Positions 49,238 through 58,958 of a stretch of DNA of 64,000 nucleotides are shown here, piece by piece. Position 1 is the stretch's first letter, and each line of letters opens with the position of its first letter. Position numbers and translations under genes: made by a program. The DNA is taken from positions 1-64,000 of IMG/VR virus record IMGVR_UViG_3300032050_000004. One strand, 5' to 3'. The notes beneath the pieces were generated by a model. The model made no database searches, was not told the DNA's origin, and saw only the letters and a list, made by a program, of their open reading frames with translations.

Positions 49238-49282
49238 ATTTATTATTTAAATATATATTATTAGTAAGTCATTTTGCATTAC

Positions 49283-49648
49283 TCAGTATTGCAAATCGTC
49301 TGTATCAATAGTGCAATTTGCAACACTGACACTTTCATTTTGTATTTGAACATTTGGTAACTGACTATATTCAAAAAAGGTATAATTTACTTCTCTTTTG
49401 CTTATTTTTTCTTTTTTACAATATCCCTTCTCAATCAATTCATTTATAGCAGTTCTTAATCTTCTTTCTCCGAATTTTATCTCAATTGAGAATTTGCTAA
49501 GGTAGAACTTCCAGTAATCTGGTTTTTTTAATACTTGAACCATTACATAAATTGAATCTGCTGACAGATCAGAATTTAGGAGGCTATTGCTTATTAAAGT
49601 AAAATTATCAGCGTTTTTTCCTTTTTTCGTTCTAAAGATCCTTTTCAT
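49283..49648 (-). CDS. Winged-HTH resembling a phage replication-initiator N-terminus, probably truncated
   Basis: NFTLISNSLL..LS...L.KPDYWKF...GERRLRTAINELIEKGY; no C-terminal domain. Confidence 0.55.
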   Translation of the reverse strand: MKRIFRTKKGKNADNFTLISNSLLNSDLSADSIYVMVQVLKKPDYWKFYLSKFSIEIKFGERRLRTAINELIEKGYCKKEKISKREVNYTFFEYSQLPNVQIQNESVSVANCTIDTDDLQY

Positions 49649-49712
49649 TCATCTAATATAATAAAAAAATAACTTCTTTAAAAACTTCTTTTTAATTCTA
49701 TATTTATATTAA

Positions 49713-50594
49713 ATGAAAAGAAAAATTTTAGAAGCCGTTATATCAAGTGCTAAATCAAAGCCCTTTTTGGAAGAATTGAGATTTTTTTTTGAGGACAATG
49801 ATAAAATTAGTTTTAATCAACTAGCTTCAATGGCAGCAAAATATGGTATTGAAGTGGTGAATTATGATACATTTTATGATGAGTTACCGGAATTGTGGAA
49901 AAAAGGTCAAATACCACATAAAGGTATAGAGATATTCGGACTAGCTAATCCAGTAACAAAGAGACCTAGATTGGTTGTTACAATTGACTCAATTAATAAA
50001 AAAAAATATAGTTTTATTTCAATAGTTGTAAGTCATGAATTTGTTCATGCTGGTCAAATGGATAGATTAAAACCGGGATTTATATATATTCCACCCAAAA
50101 CAGTTTATGATTTAAATGTTTACTATTCTGACAAACAAGAAATAATGGCATGGTCTAAAACAATAGTTGATGATTTGATTCAAACCTTCAAACCACAAAC
50201 TTTTGAGGAGGCTATGGAAAAATTACCTAAAGGACATTATTATAAAAAAATAAAAGAAGTTTTTAAGGATGATCCAAAGGTATGGAACAAATATTTAAAG
50301 AACATTTATAATTATTTAAGAATGGAATTCGAACCAGTAGAAGAAAAATCTGATTTAAGTGAATTAAGAAAAAAAATCAGAGAAATCCTTTCAGAGGATG
50401 AAAAAATGAAAATTAACTATGCTTATTTTCAACAATTACTTGACAAGAGTAGGACTGATTTAAAAAATAGAAATTATTTACAAGGAATTTTAAATTCAAT
50501 ACGTAAAGCTGGTGGTATGGGAACCAAAAGACAATATGCAGTATTGAAAAGGTTTGAAACTGGTGATACAACTCCTTATTCATCTAAAAATTAA
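49713..50594 (+). CDS. Zincin-like (HEFVH) protein with an internal tag and C-terminal module
   Basis: VVSHEFVHAGQ...QEIMAW; internal SELRKKIREILSE; TATTTAT at 49701. Confidence 0.6.
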   Translation: MKRKILEAVISSAKSKPFLEELRFFFEDNDKISFNQLASMAAKYGIEVVNYDTFYDELPELWKKGQIPHKGIEIFGLANPVTKRPRLVVTIDSINKKKYSFISIVVSHEFVHAGQMDRLKPGFIYIPPKTVYDLNVYYSDKQEIMAWSKTIVDDLIQTFKPQTFEEAMEKLPKGHYYKKIKEVFKDDPKVWNKYLKNIYNYLRMEFEPVEEKSDLSELRKKIREILSEDEKMKINYAYFQQLLDKSRTDLKNRNYLQGILNSIRKAGGMGTKRQYAVLKRFETGDTTPYSSKN

Positions 50595-50599
50595 AAATT

Positions 50600-51220
50600 A
50601 TGTACCACTCAATGTCAGGACAAGATAAATGGGTTCTTGAAACTTTAAATTTCAAGACTAATGGTTTTTTTGTTGATTTGGGTGCTCTTGGAGGAATTGT
50701 CAATAGTAATACTTATACCATGGAAAGTGAATATGGGTGGAGCGGTATCTGCGTAGATAATAGTTTAGATCATTGGAATAGTCTTGTAACTGGTAGAACA
50801 AGCAATAATTTTTATACTACAATCTATAATTATCATGGTCAATGTTTGATAGATGAAAACGGAAAAATTATTACCGATGAATTTGCTACAGGCACTACGG
50901 TAGATTGTGTAACTTTTGATGATATTATGACTCAAGATGGTTATGCTGGTTTGATTGATTATTTATCCGTAAATGTTGGTGGAAGAGAAGAAGAAGTAAT
51001 TCTCTCAATTGACTTAAATAAATACGAATTTCAATTGATATCTGTACAAATAAATAAACACAAAACACCTCATAAATCCGTAGATGATACATTTTTATAT
51101 CTATGGAATAATGGATATGAACGAATGGTCGTAGGGGCATTAGGACAAGATTCTACCAGAGATTGCTATTGCAACCCATATGAAGACTGGTACTTTAATA
51201 AAAAATATATTACAATTTAA
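50600..51220 (+). CDS. FkbM/Methyltransf_21-family methyltransferase
   Basis: SGQDKWV, GFFVDLGA, SNTY.ME..YGWSGICV, IDYLSVNVGG.E. Confidence 0.8.
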   Translation: MYHSMSGQDKWVLETLNFKTNGFFVDLGALGGIVNSNTYTMESEYGWSGICVDNSLDHWNSLVTGRTSNNFYTTIYNYHGQCLIDENGKIITDEFATGTTVDCVTFDDIMTQDGYAGLIDYLSVNVGGREEEVILSIDLNKYEFQLISVQINKHKTPHKSVDDTFLYLWNNGYERMVVGALGQDSTRDCYCNPYEDWYFNKKYITI

Positions 51221-51224
51221 AAAT

Positions 51225-51704
51225 ATGAAAAGTTTAAACAATACAATCAGAAAAATAATTAAGGAAACTATAGATACTGCAGGTAATTTTGAAACTAAAA
51301 TTACTAAAGGTGTTTATATCCGTGGTTTAGAGAAATTTTTTGATATTGAAAAGAGTGATCTGGATTATGATTGCGACTTTTCAATACTTTGGAGTTTGGA
51401 TATTGAATCTAGGTCTTGGGGTTTAAAATCAATTATACCAAATGTTTCAAGTATAAGAGGTACTATTAAATGGAGAGTAATAAAAGATCTTTTAGAGAAA
51501 GAAGTTTACGATTTTATTAAAAGTAAAAGCAATTATGAGGATGAAGATTATTTGGAGGGTGAAATGGAATTTAACTCACTAAATAAATTCGAAGGAAAAG
51601 AATGGATAATTTTAGATGAAGATTTTAAAATTAAAGATAGTGGTGAGCTTTTTCCTTCAGAAATAGATATAGATTTCTATAAAATGGAAATAACCATCTC
51701 TTGA
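51225..51704 (+). CDS. Tagged hypothetical protein (LNNTIRKIIKET)
   Basis: Tag at the likely start; W.LDIE.RSWGLK motif. Confidence 0.6.
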   Translation: MKSLNNTIRKIIKETIDTAGNFETKITKGVYIRGLEKFFDIEKSDLDYDCDFSILWSLDIESRSWGLKSIIPNVSSIRGTIKWRVIKDLLEKEVYDFIKSKSNYEDEDYLEGEMEFNSLNKFEGKEWIILDEDFKIKDSGELFPSEIDIDFYKMEITIS

Positions 51705-52402
51705 TTATAATTGTAAATTAATTAAATTTATTTTATGTTATTAATCAGTTTTGCTATAATAAGCCCACTTATTTGTTTGTTGTTATTATTTTGGCACAAA
51801 ACCAATTTTTTTACCACTTATGGTAAACTTTTTGGTTTAACAAAATTTTTAAAAATTGATTTATACGAGGAAAAGAAATTAAGAAATTTGGATTTAACAT
51901 ATCCTCTTTTTTTGGCTACTAGTTATACTGGTTTTTTTATAAGATTGATTTCTTGCGTAGTGTGTTTAACAACTTGGTTGTCTATAATATTTAGTTTTAT
52001 TTTTTATTTAATATTTTTAGATATATACATTTTACTACTTATACCACTAAACACTTTACTTGGTTTAGTATTTTATTTAAAAATTAAAAAATTGATATAG
52101 TATGGTCATAGAAAATTGTAACTCATTTAACTATTTGATTCTAGCTATGAGTCCTGAAATTAGACAGATAGACGTAATTAAGGAATTTCAAAATTGTATT
52201 AACGAATTTGCTGGAATGTGTGGTTGTGAAGGAGAAGCAAAAACTATAAAAAGAAATGAATGTGAATTAAAGTATCAAGATATAATTCTTAATAACATGT
52301 CAGAAATAAAACAAGCATTATTAGATTTTGATAATGAATTTACTTTTAATACGACTTATCCAGAACAAAAACTTTTGGCTTTTATTTCAAAAATAAATTA
52401 AC

Positions 52403-52819
52403 TTATTTTATGTTAATATGGTCTCTTTTATTCCAATAAGAAGCAGGACCATAATAAGTGCAAATTTCTTCTCCGGGTAAAATCTTTCTTTTAGCTTTAT
52501 ATTTAAAGGTTCCTCTATTTTCATCTGTTTCCCAATAAGCATTAGAATCTTCCGAGTGATTGTAAATGCATCCACAACCAAAAGGAATTACTTGTTCTTT
52601 CCAATCTATTGATGCTGGGAATAAAAATCTATAATCATTCAATAATTCTTTATTACAATCCTTCTTTTCTTCTCCTCTTTGAAATAGAGTGAAATAAGGA
52701 GTTTCCTCTATTAATTCATCTTTTTCAATTGTTTCTGATGCAAAAACGCCCCAACCATGAATGGGTGATCTATCGATATAGATTTTAGTCGGTAATTTTA
52801 TCATTTTTATAAAAAACAC
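52403..52819 (-). CDS. SET-domain lysine methyltransferase
   Basis: SPIHGWGVFA, IYNHS..SNA, A.R.I..GEEI..YYG..YW. Confidence 0.9.
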   Translation of the reverse strand: MFFIKMIKLPTKIYIDRSPIHGWGVFASETIEKDELIEETPYFTLFQRGEEKKDCNKELLNDYRFLFPASIDWKEQVIPFGCGCIYNHSEDSNAYWETDENRGTFKYKAKRKILPGEEICTYYGPASYWNKRDHINIK

Positions 52820-52849
52820 ATATTTATAATAAAAATACAGTAAAATTTA

Positions 52850-54373
52850 ATGTATTCAAAAAATCAAATAAAAAAATTAATTAAGGAACAAGTCAAATTC
52901 ATATTTGAAAATGATTTGCTTTTGGAGGCTGATTATAAAAGAAAAATATTAAGTAAATTTACAATACCAGAATCTACAGCTGAATATGTATCCGAAAGAT
53001 TAGGTAAATTATCATTATGGTTTTTAAATGCTTTAGAAAAAGAAGTATTTGACTCTAAGGAGGATTTTATAAAATATATAAATGAAAGACCTTTTTGGAT
53101 TAGATCTAATTATGATAATACTATAATAAAAATTTTAGATTGGCTTAGACACCCTTTAATTGCTGGTACGGTTGATTTGAAGAATTTGACATTACAACAA
53201 GCTATAGAAAATTCAGAAAAATTTCATGATGAATTAAAGACTTTAGGTGGTGAAATAGATTATAAAGAAGAGAATAAAAAATTAGTTCAGTATGATAATA
53301 AGTTTTATTGGGCTGAAATACCCGGAAATTATTCTGATGAAGAATGCAAAAGAATGGGTCACTGCGGAAGAACATCAAGAGGAGATATGTTATTTTCTTT
53401 AAGATCTGACATACCTTATGGAAAAGGACACACATTAAATGATTCACATTTGACTGTTGCGTATAATTCAACAGATGGAATAATTTATCAAAGTAAGGGA
53501 AAGAAAAATGCTAAACCATCTCAAAAATATTTTCCTTATTTTTTCGATTTGATTATGAGGTTGCCAGAATTTAACGGTTTTGGAAGAGAGTATGCAAGTT
53601 CTGAAGATATAAATTTTGATGATTTCTCAAATGATCAATTAATAAAATTGTACAACAAATTTCCCAAAGCATTCAGTACCTATAAGTCACAAAAAATTTT
53701 ATTTGATAGGGGAATAATTAAAGAAATTACAGCTAAGAGTAAAATAATTTTAGATCTTGATGTGGATGATATTGATAGTTATATTCAAACTGGAAGAGAT
53801 TTAAGGAATGATATAATAAAATTAATACTTCAAGATCCTTATGATTTATATGATCCTTATTATGAACACTCTAATTGGAAGTATTCTATTGATTATGTCG
53901 ATGAAAAAAATAAAAAAACAATATTAGAATACATTGAAAAGAAATTCCCTAATATAGATATAAGTTCAAATGATATTGAAGAAATAATAAAAGAAAATGA
54001 GGATGAGCTTGATGATATAATTAGAGCAATCAATAGAGCCTCTGGAGATTGTGAATCATCAGACTATCAAAATTATTGTTATAAACAATTGAAGAATACT
54101 TTAGAATTTTGGGGTAATGTAGAGGAACTAGATGATACTGGTGCTAAAATTGAAGTTGATATTGAACAAATTCTTGATAATGTTGATGCAGAATATGTTT
54201 CTGATGCTATGGAAAGATGTGATGATGACAGAGAATGTGCTTTTCACGAATTAGTTTCAAATGGAGATATAGATAAACCTAGATTTTATTTAGATGATAG
54301 ATATACACCATCTTGTAATAGAGAAGATTTTAATTCTTATCTAGTAGATTCATTAGATTTTGAACTTTCATAA
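52850..54373 (+). CDS. Large tagged protein with a PcfJ-like domain
   Basis: Tag IKKLIKEQV; EECKRMGHCGR...LFSLR...HLTV; acidic C-terminal half; TATTTAT at 52821. Confidence 0.55.
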   Translation: MYSKNQIKKLIKEQVKFIFENDLLLEADYKRKILSKFTIPESTAEYVSERLGKLSLWFLNALEKEVFDSKEDFIKYINERPFWIRSNYDNTIIKILDWLRHPLIAGTVDLKNLTLQQAIENSEKFHDELKTLGGEIDYKEENKKLVQYDNKFYWAEIPGNYSDEECKRMGHCGRTSRGDMLFSLRSDIPYGKGHTLNDSHLTVAYNSTDGIIYQSKGKKNAKPSQKYFPYFFDLIMRLPEFNGFGREYASSEDINFDDFSNDQLIKLYNKFPKAFSTYKSQKILFDRGIIKEITAKSKIILDLDVDDIDSYIQTGRDLRNDIIKLILQDPYDLYDPYYEHSNWKYSIDYVDEKNKKTILEYIEKKFPNIDISSNDIEEIIKENEDELDDIIRAINRASGDCESSDYQNYCYKQLKNTLEFWGNVEELDDTGAKIEVDIEQILDNVDAEYVSDAMERCDDDRECAFHELVSNGDIDKPRFYLDDRYTPSCNREDFNSYLVDSLDFELS

Positions 54374-54399
54374 AAAAACCGGATATTACTCCGGTTTTT
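54372..54399. terminator. Bidirectional terminator between convergent genes
   Basis: AAAAAAACCGG-ATATTACT-CCGGTTTTT. Confidence 0.75.
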
Positions 54400-54470
54400 G
54401 CTGAGGTTACCCTTCAGCGTTTCGTCAAGCAGCAGTAGCGATTGCTCTTGACAGGTCCTAAGACAAATTC

Positions 54471-55340
54471 TTAATTACCACCCATGGTAACACTAAAACC
54501 AGATTTAGTCATCGTTTCTTCACCACCTGCTTTATCAACTATTTTTATAGTTTCTTCAAAAGAACCTGAACTTTGTGCTTTTGAATAAGTGGCAGAAACA
54601 ACACTCCTGCCCTTTTCCAATAGATCTTGCCATACATTAAAAACACTTTCCTTGTATTCTGGACCTGCTTCTGAATCTATAACAGTTCTTGTGTTTGCAT
54701 GTATGTTTTGAGCTTTTTGTAAAGCTGTTTGAACAACATCTTGAACATCATTACCAAAACCATTCATAGTTGTTGTGTGACCATCTCTCAAATCAACTAA
54801 TATTTTAATTGCTTTCATTCTTTGCATATCATCACTAGTATTGACCCATATTTTTTTTGTATCTTCTAATATTCCGATAGCAATGTTTAATTCATGTTTC
54901 GGTATTGGGGTTCCGGTTGCTGCTGCTTTAGCAACTGTGCAAAATACTATCAATAAAACAAAAACTATAATTGTTATAATTATCAACTTGAAAAGTAAAG
55001 GATATTTATTTGAGAAATTCTTTAATAACTTTACTGCTGCACCTATTGTCCAACTTATGAATTGTTTTACTTTTGAAAGTATACTAAATCCAACAGAATA
55101 AGCTTGTAATAAAAAAGTGTTAAGATAATTAGCTATCTTATCTACAAAATTTGTTTTTAAATCTGTAAATATGTTTTCACTAATTAATTCAGAATCCAAT
55201 ATTTCATAAAATTCTTTTTCAGTAATTTTGTTTTCACAAAATAAATTTACAGACTTAACAGGAACAAAATTTTCATTATTTAACCTAATTCCAGCTAATT
55301 CTTGCATTCTGCGTATTTCTTTCAATAAAACCTTATCCAT
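54471..55340 (-). CDS. Tagged protein (EIRRMQELAGI) with a central TM segment
   Basis: Tag; hydrophobic LIIITIIVFVLLIVF; ATAAATA on + at 55345. Confidence 0.6.
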   Translation of the reverse strand: MDKVLLKEIRRMQELAGIRLNNENFVPVKSVNLFCENKITEKEFYEILDSELISENIFTDLKTNFVDKIANYLNTFLLQAYSVGFSILSKVKQFISWTIGAAVKLLKNFSNKYPLLFKLIIITIIVFVLLIVFCTVAKAAATGTPIPKHELNIAIGILEDTKKIWVNTSDDMQRMKAIKILVDLRDGHTTTMNGFGNDVQDVVQTALQKAQNIHANTRTVIDSEAGPEYKESVFNVWQDLLEKGRSVVSATYSKAQSSGSFEETIKIVDKAGGEETMTKSGFSVTMGGN

Positions 55341-55403
55341 ACTGATAAATATTAATAAATAAATGGTTTTTTACTTATATTTATATTATATAAATTTTGA
55401 ACA

Positions 55404-55892
55404 ATGGATTTAAGAAAAATTGTTAGACAAATAATTAAAGAAGAGGCTGAATCCCAAGAATTACAAACAGATTTTGGGGATAAAGACAAAGCTAGAAGAG
55501 CTCTAATAGCTCTTTCAAAGGGTTTGATACCTGATCAAGAAATAAAAGTACAAGGAAGCTTAAGTCCTGAATATCCTGATGAATCAGGTCATTACAGTGA
55601 AGATGGAGAAGTTGAGATTGAATATAGTTTTGAGGGTTCTAAATATTTATTAATATTATCAATAACTGGAGATTACTATTATAAAGAGGGTTTTGGAGGT
55701 GATTATTGGCAACCACCTGATGAAGGTGAATGGTCTGACGAAGACATTACATTAAATGATGATGAATTTAGTGTAGGAGATCAAGACGATAACGAATATA
55801 ATTTCAATGTAGATGAATTGGGGTCAACATTTAAGAGGGATATGGAGAAATTTCTTTTAGGATTTTACGACGCAATGGATTCTTCACTATAG
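55404..55892 (+). CDS. Tagged acidic protein (MDLRKIVRQIIKEE)
   Basis: Tag; TATTTAT at 55378. Confidence 0.6.
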   Translation: MDLRKIVRQIIKEEAESQELQTDFGDKDKARRALIALSKGLIPDQEIKVQGSLSPEYPDESGHYSEDGEVEIEYSFEGSKYLLILSITGDYYYKEGFGGDYWQPPDEGEWSDEDITLNDDEFSVGDQDDNEYNFNVDELGSTFKRDMEKFLLGFYDAMDSSL

Positions 55893-55982
55893 ACAATTTA
55901 CAATCAATTGATTATCAATAAGTTACAATTTTAATAATTGTAACTTTTTTTTTATTTTTTCGTTTAAATTGAAAAAATTGGA

Positions 55983-56837
55983 ATGAAGTTAAATAAAAAT
56001 TTTATTGGTATAAATTACTTTCAAACTACAGCTATTCAAGAGAAACTTATAGAGATTCTGATGGATAAGAAAATGCTTCAACCTGTTTTAGAGATTGCTA
56101 ACTGGGATGAGCAAGATATTATTACTAGAGAAAAAAGCTTAAAAGAACTTCATAATAATACAAATCATAAATTTTTTTATATCACCAAAAAAGTTCAAGA
56201 ACACAGTGAGCTAATAAAATTTGAAAAAGTTAATTTAGGTTGGTTTAGAAATCTAAAAAGCCAAATGTCAACTTATATTCTAAACAGACATGAGTTTTTT
56301 AGATTTAAAGTTGTAGAGAAAAAAGAAATCTATATTTTACATTTCTATAAAGATCCACATTTATCGGATGAGGAATTTGATTTCTATAGAAATATGAATT
56401 TTCCACTTGCTGAATTCAATGGTTATAAATTTGATACTTTTAAAATTTATATTGATGAAGAAAAGTATCCAGATGGATTTATGCCAGAAAATGAATTGTG
56501 GGGTCAAAATCCAATAAATAAACAGAGATTTGTAAAATTACTTTTGTTTGTAGAATTGTCAGAACCTACAATTGAAATTGTAAAAGATAATCAAAAAGTT
56601 AAATTAGACGATTCATGGGAAAAATCCATGGATGGTAAAGTAAAGAATGAATCTGGAGTGAATGTAATTTTGGTAAACACTATGTGGAACAAAGTTATTA
56701 TTAATGATTCTGGATTTTCAGTAAAAGGTCACATCAGAATTCAACCTTATGGACCCGGAAGAACTCTTTATAAACCAATATGGATTGACGAGTTTCAAAA
56801 AAGTGGATATATCAGAGGTATTGAAAAACTTAAATAA
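55983..56837 (+). CDS. Conserved phage protein with C-terminal VKGH.R.Q..G...K.IWI motif
   Basis: ORF track; class-3 promoter at 55939. Confidence 0.55.
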   Translation: MKLNKNFIGINYFQTTAIQEKLIEILMDKKMLQPVLEIANWDEQDIITREKSLKELHNNTNHKFFYITKKVQEHSELIKFEKVNLGWFRNLKSQMSTYILNRHEFFRFKVVEKKEIYILHFYKDPHLSDEEFDFYRNMNFPLAEFNGYKFDTFKIYIDEEKYPDGFMPENELWGQNPINKQRFVKLLLFVELSEPTIEIVKDNQKVKLDDSWEKSMDGKVKNESGVNVILVNTMWNKVIINDSGFSVKGHIRIQPYGPGRTLYKPIWIDEFQKSGYIRGIEKLK

Positions 56838-56838
56838 T

Positions 56839-57624
56839 ATGATAAAGCTAGAAGAAGTATTGCAAATTCCTACTTATACAGGTAGCGAGGAATTAATGGT
56901 AGAATTTATTAGGGGATTCTGTGTTGAAAATGGTTTTGAACACTATCTTGATAAAAAAAACAACATTTATGTTACTAAAGGAAAAATAAATGAAGATGAG
57001 TACTATCCTTGTATAGTTGCTCACACAGATACAGTCCATCGAGATCAAGAAGATCTCATATTGAATGGTGAAAATATTACAATTAAAAATTTGTTGACCT
57101 CTGAAGGTAAAACAAAACTTATGGGATGGAATTCATTGAGAGATGTACCAACTGGTATAGGTGGTGATGACAAATGCGGTGTTTATATTTGCCTTAAGAT
57201 GTTATTGGAACTTGATACAATTAAGGTAGCATTTTTTGTGGAAGAGGAAACTGGTATGCATGGTTCAAAAAATGCCGATAAAGATTTCTTTAAAAATGTT
57301 GGATATGCTATTCAATTTGATGCTCCTACAGCAAATTGGTTTTCCCAAACTTTATTGGGAGAAAAACTTTGGACACAAGATTTTTTTGATGTGGTTAAAC
57401 CAGTTCTTGAAAGTAATTTAATTGATAATATATCAAAAGATCCTTACACCGATGTTTATCAATTGAGAAAGAAGTTTAATATTTGCTGTGCGGTTTTTCC
57501 AACAGGATATTACAATCAACACACTGTAAGAGAATACGTAATTCCTGAAGAAACTGAAAACTGTGTAAAAATTGGCTTAGAGGCTGTAAAATCCTTGGGT
57601 AATAAAAAATATATATATTCCTAA
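56839..57624 (+). CDS. M28/M20-family zinc peptidase
   Basis: AHTDTV, GGDDKCG, EEETG, QFD, GYYNQH metal ligands; likely start is MIKLEE. Confidence 0.85.
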   Translation: MIKLEEVLQIPTYTGSEELMVEFIRGFCVENGFEHYLDKKNNIYVTKGKINEDEYYPCIVAHTDTVHRDQEDLILNGENITIKNLLTSEGKTKLMGWNSLRDVPTGIGGDDKCGVYICLKMLLELDTIKVAFFVEEETGMHGSKNADKDFFKNVGYAIQFDAPTANWFSQTLLGEKLWTQDFFDVVKPVLESNLIDNISKDPYTDVYQLRKKFNICCAVFPTGYYNQHTVREYVIPEETENCVKIGLEAVKSLGNKKYIYS

Positions 57625-57830
57625 CTATTTTCTTGGACCATAATGATTGTTATGGTTACAATTCCTACTATGTATGTGATTTTTTTTAGGATAATAACTA
57701 TGCCAGTAATTGCTGTTACTTAATCTCCACTCAATACGTAAATATCTTTTAGGTTTTTTTATAGATGTTTTATTTTCAGCAACACAACCTGAAAAAAAAA
57801 TTACAAATAAAAAAAATAAAAAAAACTTCA

Positions 57831-58616
57831 TTAAGCAATGTATTGATTCAATTCATATCTACCAGATTCCATTCTATAAATCTGAATATGCAATTTTTTT
57901 CTAGATGGTTTACCATCTTTTTCTAAATCAAAACTCGCTTTTTTTGTATCTCCGTAATTTATTCCACCAATGCCAAAAAGAAAAAATTCTCTTTCTTGAT
58001 CGACGATCTCAAATCCCTTTTTAGTCGTTTTTTCAAGAACACTATCTAGTGCTTGAGCTAAACTTTCAAAATAAATCTCTTCAGATTTAATTTCTTTGAA
58101 CAATGCTTGACCTTGAGTGGCAGCAGCTTGAGCACCAGATGCTGCAGCAGCTGGATCAGCCAAATTAGGTTTGAAAATATAAGCCTTGAATTTGTCGTTT
58201 CTTTTTTGAACTTGCTTAGATTGAGGATCTGTGATTTGATAAGCTAATTGAAAATCTTTTATTTCACCGTCTTTAGGTCCAACTAATTTGCTACCAGCTA
58301 CAAATTTTTGTATATCTCCGGCAAAAACCGGATTAACTAAAATATTAAAACCACCAACTGGATTTCCATTATAAAACATTATTACATTTTTTGCTTTTGG
58401 ATTTGATGCCATGGCAAATTTTGCAAGGTTAGTAGTTGCATCATTAAGGTTTTTAGAGATAGCTATTTTATATCCTAATGTTTTAAAATATTTCTGTATT
58501 GCTGGAAATGTTTGCGTATCGAACTTCTGTTTAAATGCAGCAGCATCGACTTCTTGTAAAATTCCAGCCAATTCTTGTAATTTTTTCTTAAAATTTTCAG
58601 TTAATTTCATTTTCAT
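57831..58616 (-). CDS. Tagged hypothetical protein (KKLQELAGILQE)
   Basis: Tag; Ala-rich linker followed by a second FKE-like site; ATAAATA on + at 58631. Confidence 0.6.
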   Translation of the reverse strand: MKMKLTENFKKKLQELAGILQEVDAAAFKQKFDTQTFPAIQKYFKTLGYKIAISKNLNDATTNLAKFAMASNPKAKNVIMFYNGNPVGGFNILVNPVFAGDIQKFVAGSKLVGPKDGEIKDFQLAYQITDPQSKQVQKRNDKFKAYIFKPNLADPAAAASGAQAAATQGQALFKEIKSEEIYFESLAQALDSVLEKTTKKGFEIVDQEREFFLFGIGGINYGDTKKASFDLEKDGKPSRKKLHIQIYRMESGRYELNQYIA

Positions 58617-58675
58617 AATACCTTATGAAAATAAATAGTATAAAAAAAGAGGAATTTCTTCCTCTTTTCTGTTAT

Positions 58676-58957
58676 TCAAACATATTGATTGTCTCCGAAA
58701 TAGGTATCTAAGAATGTCTGGTATTCCATAATTTTTAGATTGGGATATTTAGATAATTCCCTTTTTGATATGGATGGATTTTCTCCTAAAACCAAACAAT
58801 CAATTCTTTCATCTAATGTATTAAATATCCTACCACCAAAAGCAAATATATATGGTGTCATTTTGCTTAGTAGAGGATTTTTAATCTTTCCATCAAAATG
58901 AATTCTAAGATCCTTTAGACCATCTGTAGAATGAGTTTTTACTTTTTTCTTGGACAT
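58676..58957 (-). CDS. Small BRCT-like protein
   Basis: IHFDGKI...FGGRI...IDCLVLGENP..SK...L.I; likely start is MSKKK. Confidence 0.55.
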   Translation of the reverse strand: MSKKKVKTHSTDGLKDLRIHFDGKIKNPLLSKMTPYIFAFGGRIFNTLDERIDCLVLGENPSISKRELSKYPNLKIMEYQTFLDTYFGDNQYV

Positions 58958-58958
58958 T

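Noticed and set aside
54400-54462. Hammerhead ribozyme or tRNA
   Set aside because: GACGAAAC is present but there is no CUGAnGA core or NUH after stem III, and no cloverleaf or T-loop. Kept only as an unknown structured element.
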